From Christensenellales bacterium (lineage in GTDB: Bacteria > Bacillota > Clostridia > Christensenellales > CAG-138): DNA of 64,000 bases. Location of the stretch: NCBI GenBank assembly GCA_045114775.1, contig JBGULC010000013.1, positions 49,176 through 113,175 on the forward strand. Direction: 5' to 3'. Positions within the stretch are counted from its first letter, which is position 1, and every line of letters starts with the position of its first letter. The notes below the pieces were generated by a model that made no database searches, had not been told where the DNA came from, and saw only the letters and a list, made by a program, of their open reading frames with translations. Shown here piece after piece: positions 30,373 through 41,300 of the stretch. The position numbers and the translations under genes are program-made.

Positions 30373-30788
30373 ACATTGATTCCATCCAGAACGGCGTGGT
30401 CATTGACCACATCACCGCAGGCCAGGGCATGAAGCTCTATCACCTGCTCAAGCTCGACGAAACCGACCTGTCCGTGGCGATCATCCGCAACGTGGTGAGC
30501 CGCAAGATGGGGAAGAAGGATATCATCAAGATCGACGCCGACATCCCGGTGAACCTGGACGTCGTTGCGTACGTGGATCCCGGCGCCACCGTCAACATCA
30601 TTCGCAACGGCGAGCTGGTGGAGAAACGGCAGATGGAGCTTCCCGAAATGCTGACCGACGTTCTGACCTGCAAGAATCCGCGCTGCATCACGTCCACCGA
30701 ACAGGAGCTCAAACACATCTTCCGCCTGACGGACCGTGAGAACAAGGTCTATCGCTGCATCTACTGCGAGACCAAGGCGGGTATCTGA
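30369..30788 (+). CDS. pyrI: Aspartate carbamoyltransferase regulatory subunit
   Basis: GVVIDHI, KKDIIK, zinc site CKNPRCIT...CIYC. Confidence 0.94.
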   Translation: MNIDSIQNGVVIDHITAGQGMKLYHLLKLDETDLSVAIIRNVVSRKMGKKDIIKIDADIPVNLDVVAYVDPGATVNIIRNGELVEKRQMELPEMLTDVLTCKNPRCITSTEQELKHIFRLTDRENKVYRCIYCETKAGI

Positions 30789-30805
30789 CGGAAAAGGAGC
30801 CGCTC

Positions 30806-31303
30806 ATGAAGAAAATCGGAATCGTCATGGGAAGCAAGAGCGATCTTCCCGTGGTGCAGAAGGCGATCGACGTGCTCAGCGAGCTGGAGATCCCCTTTGA
30901 AGCGCACATCTATTCCGCGCACCGGACGCCCGTCGAGGCGGCGGAGTTTGCCCGCGCCGCGCAGGAGAACGGCTTTGCCTGCGTGATCGCGTTTGCCGGC
31001 ATGGCGGCGCATCTGGCGGGCGCGATCGCCGCGAACACCACGCTGCCGGTCATCGGCGTGCCCTGCAAGGGACCCGTCTTCGACGGAATGGACGCGCTGC
31101 TGTCCACTGTGCAGATGCCTTCCGGCATTCCTGTGGCGACCGTGGCGGTCAACGGCGGCGCGAACGCCGCGCTGCTGGCTGCGGAGATCCTGTCCGTTGA
31201 AGATCCGGACCTTGCCCGTCGTCTGCGGGAAAAACGCGAGACCGCCGCGGCCGCGATCCTGGAGCAGGACGCGCAGCTTTCCGAAGATCTTTCGCATTCT
31301 TAA
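30806..31303 (+). CDS. purE: N5-CAIR mutase / AIR carboxylase
   Basis: [37 protein letters not shown]. Confidence 0.95.
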   Translation: MKKIGIVMGSKSDLPVVQKAIDVLSELEIPFEAHIYSAHRTPVEAAEFARAAQENGFACVIAFAGMAAHLAGAIAANTTLPVIGVPCKGPVFDGMDALLSTVQMPSGIPVATVAVNGGANAALLAAEILSVEDPDLARRLREKRETAAAAILEQDAQLSEDLSHS

Positions 31304-31350
31304 TCAACAAACACTTTGTATCAAAACTCATTGAAAAGGGGTATTTCATC

Positions 31351-32037
31351 ATGGAAAACAAGCTTGTATACACCGGCAAAACCAAGAACGTCTATGCGCT
31401 GCCCAACGGCAACTACCTGCTGAAATTCAAGGACGACTGCACCGGCAAGGACGGCGTCTTTGATCCCGGCGAGAACAGCGTCGGTCTGACGATCGACGGC
31501 GTGGGCGATGTGAACCTTCGCATGTCCATCTATTTCTTTGAAAAGGTCAACGCGGCGGGGATCCGCACGCACTACGTTTCCGCGGACCTCAAGAACACCA
31601 CCATGGAGGTCCTGCCCGCCAAGGTCTTCGGCAAGGGTCTGGAGGTCATCTGCCGCCACAAGGCGGTCGGCAGCTTCCTGCGTCGCTACGGCGAATACAT
31701 CGAGGAAGGCGCGGACCTGCCCGCCTACGTGGAGACCACGTTCAAAAACGACGCGAAGGGCGATCCGCTGGTTACCAAGGACGGCCTCGTGGTTCTCGGC
31801 GTGATGACCGCGGAGCAGTACGACGAGATCAAGGTCATGACCCAGAAGATCACGCAGATCGTCGCGGACGAGATGGCAAAGCGCGGCATGGTGCTCTACG
31901 ACATCAAGTTCGAGTTCGGCTACGACGCCGAGGGCAAGGTCATGCTGATCGACGAGATCGCTTCCGGCAACATGCGCGTGTATAAGGACGGCAAGTACGT
32001 TGATCCGATGACGCTGTCCAAGCTCTTCTTTGCGTAA
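31351..32037 (+). CDS. purC: SAICAR synthetase
   Basis: [15 protein letters not shown]...GSF, DIKFEFG, LIDEI. Confidence 0.92.
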   Translation: MENKLVYTGKTKNVYALPNGNYLLKFKDDCTGKDGVFDPGENSVGLTIDGVGDVNLRMSIYFFEKVNAAGIRTHYVSADLKNTTMEVLPAKVFGKGLEVICRHKAVGSFLRRYGEYIEEGADLPAYVETTFKNDAKGDPLVTKDGLVVLGVMTAEQYDEIKVMTQKITQIVADEMAKRGMVLYDIKFEFGYDAEGKVMLIDEIASGNMRVYKDGKYVDPMTLSKLFFA

Positions 32038-32061
32038 GCTGCATTTTCAGGAGCGTCCCAA

Positions 32062-33486
32062 ATGGGAGGATTTTTCGGCATTACATCGAAACAGGACTGT
32101 CTGACCGACGTTTTCTTCGGTACGGATTACCATTCCCACCTCGGCACCCGCCGCGGCGGGCTGGCGGCGTACGATCCGGAGATCGGTCTGCAGCGCAAAA
32201 TACACAACATTGAAAACGCGCCGTTCCGCACCCGCTTCGAGCATATCTTCGAGGAGATGTACGGGACCGCGGCGATCGGCTGCATCAGCGACAGCGAACC
32301 GCAGCCGCTTTTGATCCGTTCCTGTCACGGCACCTACGCCATCTGCGTGATCGGCCGCGTCAACAATACGGAAGCGCTGATCGGGCAATATCTGTCCTGC
32401 TCAGGCGGTCACTTTGACGCAAAGACCGGCGGCGCGGTGAACACCGTGGAGCTGCTTGCCGCCTTGATCGACCAGAAACCCGATTTTGTGGAGGGCATCC
32501 GCTTTGCGCAGGAGGCCGTCGAAGGCACGGCGTCCATTCTGATCCTCAAAGAGGACGGAACGCTGATCGCAGCCCGCGACCGGCTGGGCAGGCTTCCTGT
32601 CACCGTGGGCAGGCGGGAGGACGGCTATGCCGTTTCCTTCGAGTCCTTCGCCTACGAGAAGCTCGGATTCCTCTTTGAGAAGGAGCTCGGCCCCGGCGAG
32701 ATCGTCGAGCTGACGCCGGAGCGCATGACGCAGCTTCGCGCGCCCGACAAAGAGAAGCGCATCTGCGCCTTCCTTTGGTCCTATTACGGCTATCCCACAT
32801 CCACCTACGAGGGGGTCAATGTGGAGACGATGCGCTATCGCAACGGCGCGATCCTTGCCCGGGCGGACCGGGGCAGGGAGGAGCTGAAGGAGATCGACTA
32901 CGTCGGCGGCGTTCCGGATTCCGGCACGCCCCATGCCATCGGCTACGCCATGGAGAGCGGAAAGCACTTTGCACGTGCCTTCATCAAGTACACGCCGACC
33001 TGGGCACGCAGCTTTATGCCGCCCGCGCAGGTGGATCGCAACACCATTGCCAAAATGAAGCAGATCCCGGTCACGGAACTGATCCGGGACAAGGACCTGC
33101 TCTTTGTGGACGACTCCATCGTCCGCGGCACGCAGCTTAGGGAGACCGTCGAGTTTCTCTATGAAAACGGTGCGCGGTCCGTCCATATGCGGTCTGCCTG
33201 CCCGCCCATCATGTTCGGCTGCAAGTATCTGAACTTCTCCCGCGCGACCTCGGACCTGGAGCTCATCGCCCGCAGGGTGATCCTGGAACTGGAAGGCGAG
33301 GAGGGCTTCAAGTATCTGGACGAATACGCCGACGGCTGCACGGAACGTGGCAAAAAGCTTCGCGCGAATATCTGCGAGCGTTTCCATTTCGCTTCGCTGG
33401 AATTCCAATCGTTGGACAGCGTGATCGAGGCGATCGGTCTGCCGGAATGCGAGCTTTGCACCTACTGCTGGAACGGAAAGGAATAA
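32062..33486 (+). CDS. purF: Amidophosphoribosyltransferase-like protein lacking the N-terminal Cys nucleophile
   Basis: ARDRLGRLP, VPDSG, PRPP loop VDDSIVRGT, C-terminal LCTYCW; N-terminus MGGFFG; lies between purC and purM. Confidence 0.88.
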   Translation: MGGFFGITSKQDCLTDVFFGTDYHSHLGTRRGGLAAYDPEIGLQRKIHNIENAPFRTRFEHIFEEMYGTAAIGCISDSEPQPLLIRSCHGTYAICVIGRVNNTEALIGQYLSCSGGHFDAKTGGAVNTVELLAALIDQKPDFVEGIRFAQEAVEGTASILILKEDGTLIAARDRLGRLPVTVGRREDGYAVSFESFAYEKLGFLFEKELGPGEIVELTPERMTQLRAPDKEKRICAFLWSYYGYPTSTYEGVNVETMRYRNGAILARADRGREELKEIDYVGGVPDSGTPHAIGYAMESGKHFARAFIKYTPTWARSFMPPAQVDRNTIAKMKQIPVTELIRDKDLLFVDDSIVRGTQLRETVEFLYENGARSVHMRSACPPIMFGCKYLNFSRATSDLELIARRVILELEGEEGFKYLDEYADGCTERGKKLRANICERFHFASLEFQSLDSVIEAIGLPECELCTYCWNGKE

Positions 33487-33489
33487 AGC

Positions 33490-34533
33490 ATGAACGAGTT
33501 TTCCAAATCTGAAGCATACGCGGCCGCCGGCGTGGACATCACCGCCGGTTATCGCGCCGTGGAACTGATGAAACGGCATATCGCCAAAACGGTCACCCCG
33601 GGCGTCTGCTCCGACGTGGGCGGCTTCGGTGGGCTGTTTGAACTGGATCTTACGGGGATCCGCCGTCCGGTTCTGGTCTCCGGCACCGACGGCGTCGGCA
33701 CCAAGCTGAAGCTTGCCTTTCTGATGGACAAGCACGACACGGTCGGCGTCGACTGCGTTGCGATGTGCGTCAACGACATCATCTGCTGCGGGGCGAAGCC
33801 ACTGTTCTTTCTGGACTACATCGCCTGCGGCAGGAACGTCCCGGAGCGCATCGAGCAGATCGTCAAGGGTGTCTGCGACGGCTGCGTGCAGGCGGGCTGC
33901 GCGCTGATCGGCGGCGAGACCGCCGAGATGCCCGGCTTCTATCCCGAAAACGAATACGATCTCGCGGGCTACGCCACCGGCGCGGTGGACCGGGACCGCA
34001 TCCTGAACAACGCCGAGACGGAACCCGGGGACGTCATTATCGCGCTGCCGTCAAGCGGCGTCCACTCCAACGGCTTTTCTCTGGTGCGCAAGGTCTTCGA
34101 CGTGGAGCACGCCGACCTTACCGCGCCCGTTGAAGCGCTCGGCGGAAAGTCTCTGGGCGAAGTTCTGCTCACCCCCACCCGCATCTATGTGAAGCCGATG
34201 CTGGCGCTGATGGAGAAGATCCGGGTCAAGGGCGTTTCCCACATCACCGGCGGCGGCTTCTATGAAAACATCCCGCGTATGATCCCCGATGGGCTTTGCG
34301 CAAGGATCCGCGAACAGGACGTGCGCGTCCTGCCGATCTTTGAGCTGATCGAAAAGACCGGCGGCATTTCCCGCCGCGATATGTTCAACACCTTCAACAT
34401 GGGCGTCGGCATGTGCCTGACGGTGTCCGCAAAGGACGCCGACGCCGCGCTTGCCATTCTGCGCGAGCAGGGCGAGGACGCCTATGTCCTCGGCGAGATC
34501 GTCCGGGGCGAGCGGAGGATCGAGCTATGCTGA
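33490..34533 (+). CDS. purM: AIR synthetase
   Basis: [51 protein letters not shown]. Confidence 0.96.
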   Translation: MNEFSKSEAYAAAGVDITAGYRAVELMKRHIAKTVTPGVCSDVGGFGGLFELDLTGIRRPVLVSGTDGVGTKLKLAFLMDKHDTVGVDCVAMCVNDIICCGAKPLFFLDYIACGRNVPERIEQIVKGVCDGCVQAGCALIGGETAEMPGFYPENEYDLAGYATGAVDRDRILNNAETEPGDVIIALPSSGVHSNGFSLVRKVFDVEHADLTAPVEALGGKSLGEVLLTPTRIYVKPMLALMEKIRVKGVSHITGGGFYENIPRMIPDGLCARIREQDVRVLPIFELIEKTGGISRRDMFNTFNMGVGMCLTVSAKDADAALAILREQGEDAYVLGEIVRGERRIELC

Positions 34534-35138
34534 ACGGCAAGGTCCGCGTGGCGGTCCTGGTCTCCGGCGGCGGCACGAATCTGCAGGCGATCCTGGACGC
34601 AAGAGGCAAGGTGATCCGAAGCGCCGAGATCGCGCTGGTGGTTTCCAATAAGCCGAATGCCTACGCATTGGAGCGGGCGAAGGCCGCGGGCATTCCCGCC
34701 CTCGCGCTCTCTCCGAAAGCGCTGGGCGGCAAAGAAGCCTTTGAACGGGAGCTCCAGAAAGAACTGGAGCGCGAAAAGATCGACCTCATCGTCCTTGCGG
34801 GCTTTCTTGTCATCCTTTCGCCGGAATTCACGCGCCGTTGGGATCACCGCATCCTCAACATCCATCCGGCGCTGATCCCGTCCTTCTGCGGAAAGGACTA
34901 CTACGGTCTGCACGTCCACGAGGCGGCGCTTGCGCGCGGCGTCAAGGTCACTGGCGCGACCGTGCATTTCGTCAACGAGATCCCGGACGGCGGCGAGATC
35001 CTGCTGCAGAAGGCGGTGGAGATCCTGCCCGACGATACGCCCGAAACGCTGCAGCGCCGCGTCATGGAGCAGGCGGAATGGATCCTACTGCCGAGAGCGG
35101 TCGAACTGGTTTCCGAACAAATCATAGCAGGAGAATAA
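34527..35138 (+). CDS. purN: Phosphoribosylglycinamide formyltransferase
   Basis: [30 protein letters not shown]. Confidence 0.95.
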   Translation: MLNGKVRVAVLVSGGGTNLQAILDARGKVIRSAEIALVVSNKPNAYALERAKAAGIPALALSPKALGGKEAFERELQKELEREKIDLIVLAGFLVILSPEFTRRWDHRILNIHPALIPSFCGKDYYGLHVHEAALARGVKVTGATVHFVNEIPDGGEILLQKAVEILPDDTPETLQRRVMEQAEWILLPRAVELVSEQIIAGE

Positions 35139-35139
35139 T

Positions 35140-35859
35140 ATGGAACTTTACGAATCCCTTCCGATCGCGGACCGCGTCCGCGGCAACGCCTACCCCGGCA
35201 GGGGCATAGTACTGGGGCTTACGGAGGACGGAACGCGCGCCGTCGCGGCGTACTTCATCATGGGCCGCAGCGCAAATTCCCGGAACCGGATCTTTGCCGT
35301 CCGAAACGGCGAAGTCTTTACCGAGCCTTTCGATGCTTCCAAGGTGGAGGATCCGAGCCTCATCATCTACGCCGCGCTCCGGCAGTTTGAAAACAGGCTG
35401 ATCGTCACCAACGGCAATCAGACCGACACCGTTTTTGAGGGCTTAAGAGCGGGGAAGACCTTTTCCGAATCGCTGGAATCCCGCTGCTTCGAGCCGGACG
35501 CGCCAAACTTTACGCCGCGCATCAGCGGCATGTTCACTTTGGATCCAACCGCACCGCGGTACGAAATGAGCATCCTGAAAAGCGTCGACGCCGCGGGAAC
35601 CGCTTGTGCGCGTTATACCTTTTCTTATCCCACCGTGCCTGGGCTCGGTCACTTCATCCATACCTACATCCGGGACGGGAACCCGCTGCCTACGTTTACG
35701 GGCGAGCCGGAGCGCGTCAGCCTCGGCAGCGACATCGACGCATTTACCGCGTCGCTCTGGGACAATCTGGACCCGGACAACCGCATCTCCCTGTACGTCC
35801 GCTTCGTCGAACTCCAATCCGGGACGTATGCGGAACGCATCATCAATCGCAATCGGTAA
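35140..35859 (+). CDS. IMP cyclohydrolase, PurO-like (archaeal-type Ntn fold)
   Basis: YPGRGIV, YFIMGRSANSRNR, IVTNGNQTD, FEPDAPNFTPRISG; directly upstream of a PurH lacking its cyclohydrolase domain. Confidence 0.82.
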   Translation: MELYESLPIADRVRGNAYPGRGIVLGLTEDGTRAVAAYFIMGRSANSRNRIFAVRNGEVFTEPFDASKVEDPSLIIYAALRQFENRLIVTNGNQTDTVFEGLRAGKTFSESLESRCFEPDAPNFTPRISGMFTLDPTAPRYEMSILKSVDAAGTACARYTFSYPTVPGLGHFIHTYIRDGNPLPTFTGEPERVSLGSDIDAFTASLWDNLDPDNRISLYVRFVELQSGTYAERIINRNR

Positions 35860-35868
35860 GGAGCAAGT

Positions 35869-37053
35869 ATGAACGAATTTGAACTGAAATACGGCTGCAA
35901 CCCCAATCAAAAGCCCGCCCGCATCTATATGGAGGACGGGAGCGATCTGCCCGTGGAGGTCCTCAACGGACGTCCGGGTTACATCAATTTTCTGGACGCG
36001 CTGAATTCCTGGCAGCTGGTGCGGGAGCTCAAGCAGGCGTTGGGACTGCCCGCCGCGGCGTCCTTCAAGCACGTGAGCCCGACCTCCGCCGCCGTCGGTC
36101 TGCCGCTGCCGGAGCGGCTCAAAAAAGCCTGCTTCGTGAACGATATTCCCGCGTTGGATCAGAATCCGCTCGCATGCGCTTACGCAAGAGCGCGCGGCGC
36201 CGACCGGCTCTGCTCCTTCGGCGACTGGGTCGCGCTCTCGGACGAGTGCGACGCGCTGACCGCTTCGCTGATCAAGCGCGAGGTCTCCGACGGTGTGATC
36301 GCGCCGGGCTACACCCCCGAAGCGCTCGAGATCCTGAAAACCAAGCGCAAGGGCGGCTACAACATCGTGAAGATCGACCCGGATTACGTTCCCGCCGCAA
36401 AGGAGCACAAGCAGGTTTTCGGCGTGACCTTTGAACAGGGCCGCAACGACAGCAAAATCGACGCCTCGCTGCTTCACAACATCGTGACCGAAAACAGAGA
36501 CCTGCCCGAAAGCGCGGTCCGCGATCTGATCGTGTCCATGATCACGCTGAAGTATACGCAGTCCAATTCGGTCTGCTACGCCGTCGACGGACAGGCGATC
36601 GGCGTCGGCGCGGGGCAGCAGTCCCGCATCCACTGCACGCGTCTTGCGGGCTCCAAAGCGGACACCTGGTTCTTACGGCAGGCGGACAAGGTCCTGGATC
36701 TCCCGTTTTTGCCGAAGATGGCGCGTCCCGACCGCGACAACGTGATCGACGGATACATCAACCGGAACGAGGAGGACGTCTGCGCCGAGGGCGTCTGGCA
36801 GCGGTTCTTTACCCGCCGCCCGGAACCCTTCACCCCGGAAGAACAGCGCGCGTACCTGAATACCGTGCAAAACGTCGCGCTCGGCTCCGACGCGTTTTTC
36901 CCGTTCTCGGACAACATCGAACGCGCCTATTTAAGCGGCGTGAAGTATGTTGCGCAGCCCGGCGGTTCCATTCGGGACGACGCGGTCATCGACTGCTGCA
37001 ACAAGCACGGCATGGTCATGTGCTTTACGGGCTTAAGGCTGTTCCATCATTGA
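35869..37053 (+). CDS. purH: AICAR transformylase (monofunctional, C-terminal PurH domain only)
   Basis: Begins at LKYGCNPNQ; SFKHVSP, KYTQSNSV, GAGQQSR, GSDAFFPF, QPGGSIRD, RLFHH. Confidence 0.9.
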   Translation: MNEFELKYGCNPNQKPARIYMEDGSDLPVEVLNGRPGYINFLDALNSWQLVRELKQALGLPAAASFKHVSPTSAAVGLPLPERLKKACFVNDIPALDQNPLACAYARARGADRLCSFGDWVALSDECDALTASLIKREVSDGVIAPGYTPEALEILKTKRKGGYNIVKIDPDYVPAAKEHKQVFGVTFEQGRNDSKIDASLLHNIVTENRDLPESAVRDLIVSMITLKYTQSNSVCYAVDGQAIGVGAGQQSRIHCTRLAGSKADTWFLRQADKVLDLPFLPKMARPDRDNVIDGYINRNEEDVCAEGVWQRFFTRRPEPFTPEEQRAYLNTVQNVALGSDAFFPFSDNIERAYLSGVKYVAQPGGSIRDDAVIDCCNKHGMVMCFTGLRLFHH

Positions 37054-37063
37054 GGAGTACGAT

Positions 37064-38332
37064 ATGAAAATCATGGTGATCGGCGGCGGCGGGCGCGAGC
37101 ACGCCATCGTCAAAAAACTGAAGGAGAATCCGAACGTCGCCGCGCTTTACTGCCTGCCCGGCAACGGCGGCATCGCAAGGGACGCGACCTGCGTTCCCGT
37201 CGCCGCGACGGACCTCGACGGCATTGTGCGCTTTGCAAAGGAGCAAAAGATCGACTATGCCGTGGTCGCGCCGGACGATCCGCTCGCAATGGGCGCGGTG
37301 GATCTGCTGGAAGCGATCGGCGTACCCTGTTTCGGCCCGCGGAAGAACGCCGCGATCATCGAAGCGTCCAAGGTCTTTGCAAAGGAACTGATGAAGCGTT
37401 ACGGGATCTCCACGGCGCGTTACGAGACCTTCGACAATATGGCGGCGGCGCTTCGCTATCTCGAAACCGCCCCTATGCCTGCGGTCATCAAGGCCGACGG
37501 TCTCGCGCTCGGCAAGGGCGTGATCATCGCGCAGACGCTTTCGGAGGCAAAGGAAGCCGTCCGCGTCATGATGGAGGACAAACGCTTCGGCAAGAGCGGA
37601 GAACGCATCGTGATCGAGGAATACCTCGAGGGCTCGGAGATCTCTGTGCTTTCCTTTACGGACGGCAAAACCGTCGTTCCGATGGTTTCCTCCATGGACC
37701 ACAAGCGGGCGGGGGATGGCGATACCGGATTGAACACCGGCGGCATGGGAACCGTTGCGCCGAATCCGTACTACACCCCGGAGGTCGCCGAACGCTGTAT
37801 GCGAGAGATCTTTCTGCCCACGATCCGCGCCATGTCGGCGGAGGGGCGTCCGTTCAAGGGCTGTCTCTATTTCGGGCTGATGCTGACCGAGGACGGTCCG
37901 AAGGTCATTGAGTATAACTGCCGCTTCGGCGACCCCGAAACGCAGGTGGTTCTGCCGCTTTTAAAGACCGATCTTCTGACGGTCATGCAGGCGGTGACCG
38001 AAGAACGGCTTGCGGACTGTCCCGTGAAATTCTCCGACGGCGCCGCAGCCTGCGTGATCCTGGCGTCCAAGGGATATCCCGGATCCTATGAAAAGGGATT
38101 TCCCATCCGTATTCCTGCGGATCTGAACGCCGAGATATTTACAGCGGGCGTCAAGGAACAGGACGGACAGCTTGTGACGTCCGGCGGACGCGTCCTCGGC
38201 GTCACGGCAACCGCGCCGACGCTTCCGGAAGCGATTCAAAAGGCGTACGCTGCGGCGGAGCAGATCCGGTTTGAGAACGTCTATTACCGCCGGGACATCG
38301 GAAAGCGCGCACTGGCGGCGTCGGAGGATTGA
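37064..38332 (+). CDS. purD: Phosphoribosylamine-glycine ligase
   Basis: GGGGREHA, KADGLALGKGV, DHKR, NTGGMG, EYNCRFGDPETQ, GGRVL. Confidence 0.96.
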   Translation: MKIMVIGGGGREHAIVKKLKENPNVAALYCLPGNGGIARDATCVPVAATDLDGIVRFAKEQKIDYAVVAPDDPLAMGAVDLLEAIGVPCFGPRKNAAIIEASKVFAKELMKRYGISTARYETFDNMAAALRYLETAPMPAVIKADGLALGKGVIIAQTLSEAKEAVRVMMEDKRFGKSGERIVIEEYLEGSEISVLSFTDGKTVVPMVSSMDHKRAGDGDTGLNTGGMGTVAPNPYYTPEVAERCMREIFLPTIRAMSAEGRPFKGCLYFGLMLTEDGPKVIEYNCRFGDPETQVVLPLLKTDLLTVMQAVTEERLADCPVKFSDGAAACVILASKGYPGSYEKGFPIRIPADLNAEIFTAGVKEQDGQLVTSGGRVLGVTATAPTLPEAIQKAYAAAEQIRFENVYYRRDIGKRALAASED

Positions 38333-38333
38333 T

Positions 38334-41300
38334 ATGGTCTATCGCATTTATGTAGAAAAGAAGCCCGGTTTTGCGCAGGAGGCGGAAGCGCTGTGCGGCG
38401 AGTTGCGTTCCTTTCTCGGGATCGCGGGGCTCAATAAGGTCCGCATTCTGAACCGGTACGACGCCGAAACGATCAGCCGGGAGCAGTTTGAAGCCGCCGT
38501 TTCCACGGTCTTTTCCGAACCGCAGGTGGACGATGCCGCGGAGGTCGTCGATTTAAGCGACGCCGACGCCGTTTTTGCCGTCGAGTATCTCCCCGGACAG
38601 TTCGATCAACGGGCGGATTCCGCCGCGCAGTGCATTCAGATCCTCTTTCAGTCCGAGCGCCCGGTGATCCGCTCGGCAAAGGTCTACGCGTTTTACGGCA
38701 CGCTGAACGCGGAGGATCTTACACGGATCAAGAAATATGTCATCAATCCCGTCGAGGCGCGGGAAGCGGCGCAGGAGCTGCCCGAAACGCTCAGGATCCC
38801 GTATGAGATCCCCACCGCCGTCCGCACGCTGGACGGATTCCGGACGCGGAACGAAGCGGAATTGTCGGGCATGATCCGCGATTACGGCCTTGCCATGGAT
38901 GAAGCGGATATCGCGTTCTGCCAGGCATACTTCCGGGACGAAGACCGCGATCCCACGATCACCGAGCTCAGGATGATCGACACCTACTGGTCCGATCATT
39001 GCCGGCATACCACGTTCCACACGATCATCGACAGCGTGCGTTTCGCGGATCCGGAGCTGCAGAAAACGTACGAGGATTACTTTGCGCTGCGCAAAGAGCT
39101 CGGCAGGACCAAGCCGCCGTGCCTTATGGACCTTGCCACCATTGCGGTGCGCGATCTCAAGCGAAAGGGGAAACTGGACAAACTCGACGAATCCGAGGAG
39201 ATCAACGCATGCACCGTCAAGATCACGGTGGACGTGGACGGCAAGCCGGAACCGTGGCTGCTCCTTTTCAAAAACGAAACGCACAACCATCCGACCGAGA
39301 TCGAGCCGTTCGGCGGCGCCGCTACCTGCATCGGCGGTGCGATCCGCGACCCGCTTTCGGGCAGAGCGTACGTCTATGGGGCGATGCGCGTCACCGGCGC
39401 GGCGGATCCCACGACGCCGGTCTCCGAAACCATCCCGGGCAAGCTTCCGCAGCGCAAGCTGGTCACGACGGCTGCCGCGGGGTATTCCTCCTACGGCAAT
39501 CAGATCGGTCTAGCCACCGGTCTTGTCGAAGAGCTTTACCATCCCGGCTACGCCGCAAAACGCATGGAGATCGGCGCGGTCATCGCTGCGGCGCCGCAGG
39601 CGAACGTCCGGCGGGAACGCCCCATACCGGGCGACGTCGTGATCCTTCTCGGCGGCAGCACCGGCAGAGACGGCATCGGCGGCGCGACCGGCTCCTCCAA
39701 AGCGCATACGACGCATTCCGTCGAGGTCTGCGGCGCCGAGGTCCAGAAGGGCAACGCACCTGAGGAGCGCAAGCTGCAGCGCCTGTTCCGGTCGCCCGAG
39801 GCTGCGCGGCTCATCAAACGCTGCAACGATTTCGGCGCGGGCGGCGTCAGCGTCGCCATCGGCGAGCTGGCGGACGGCGTGAAGATCGACCTCAACGCCG
39901 TTCCCCGCAAGTATGAAGGATTGGACGGCACCGAGCTTGCGATCTCCGAATCGCAGGAGCGTATGGCGGTCGTAGTCGCAGCCGGGGACGCCCCGCGGTT
40001 TCTGGAACTTGCGGCGTCGGAAAATCTGCAGGCGTGCGTCGTGGCAAAGGTCACGGAAGAGCCCCGCCTGGTCATGGAATGGAACGGAAGACGCATTGTG
40101 GACTTGAGCCGCGCGTTTTTGGATTCCAACGGCGCGGAAAAGCATATCGACATCGAGACCGTCGCGCCGCAAAAGGAAGAGCCGGCGGAGGAAACGAGCT
40201 TCCGGGCAGCCTGCGAGCACATTGCGGACGATCTGAATCTCTGTTCGCATCGCGGACTTTCCGAACGCTTCGATTCCACCATCGGCGCGGGGACCGTGCT
40301 GATGCCGTTCGGCGGCAAACATCAGCTGACGCCCATTCAGGCGATGGTCCATAAGATCGCCGCGGAGCAGGGGCAAATCGACGACTGCTCCCTGATGGCG
40401 TACGGCTTCGATCCGTACCTGTCCTCCCGAAGCCCCTATCACGGCGCGTATCTTGCCGTGACGGATTCCGTCTCGAAGCTGGTCGCTTCCGGCGCGAAGT
40501 TTGAGGACGTCTATCTGAGCTTTCAGGAATACTTTGCAAAACCCGGCCGCGATCCGAAACGCTGGGGACAGCCGCTTTCGGCGCTGCTCGGCGCGTTCCG
40601 CGCGCAAACGGAGCTCGGCGTCGGCGCGATCGGCGGCAAGGATTCCATGTCCGGCACCTTTGAAAAGCTCGACGTGCCGCCCACGCTCGTGAGCTTTGCG
40701 GTCACGACGGACAAAACGGCGCATATCGTTTCTCCCGAATTCAAGGCCGCCGGACACAGCGCGGTCCTGTTCGCCCCGGAGCGGGACGAAAACGGTCTTC
40801 CCAAGGCCGCGTCGCTGCTTGCGCTGTTCGATCGCATTACCGCGCTGCAGCGCGCGGGGATCGTCACGGCGTGCCGGGCCGTCGGTTTCGGCGGGATCCT
40901 GGAGGGCGTGCTGAAAATGTCGTTCGGCAACGGCTTCGGGTTCCGCTTCGATGAAACGCTCTCCGTAAACGAACTGACGCAAAAGCAGTACGGCGCCTTC
41001 CTTGCGGAGGTGACGGAGGACGTTTCGGACGGCAAACCCGTCGGCGTCGTCACCGAAGCGCCGTTCTTCACATACGGCGAAACGTCTCTGGACGCAGAAG
41101 CCCTGCGCTTAAAATGGGAGCGTCGCTTGGAATCCGTCTATCCTGCCGGGATCGAAGAAACGGTCGAGACCTATGAGGCGCTTTCCTATCATACCGAACG
41201 CAGGACTGCGCCTGCCGTTCGCTGCGCAAAGCCACGCGTTCTGATTCCCGTGTTTCCCGGCACCAACTGCGAGTACGACAGCGCAAGAGCCGTTCGTGAA

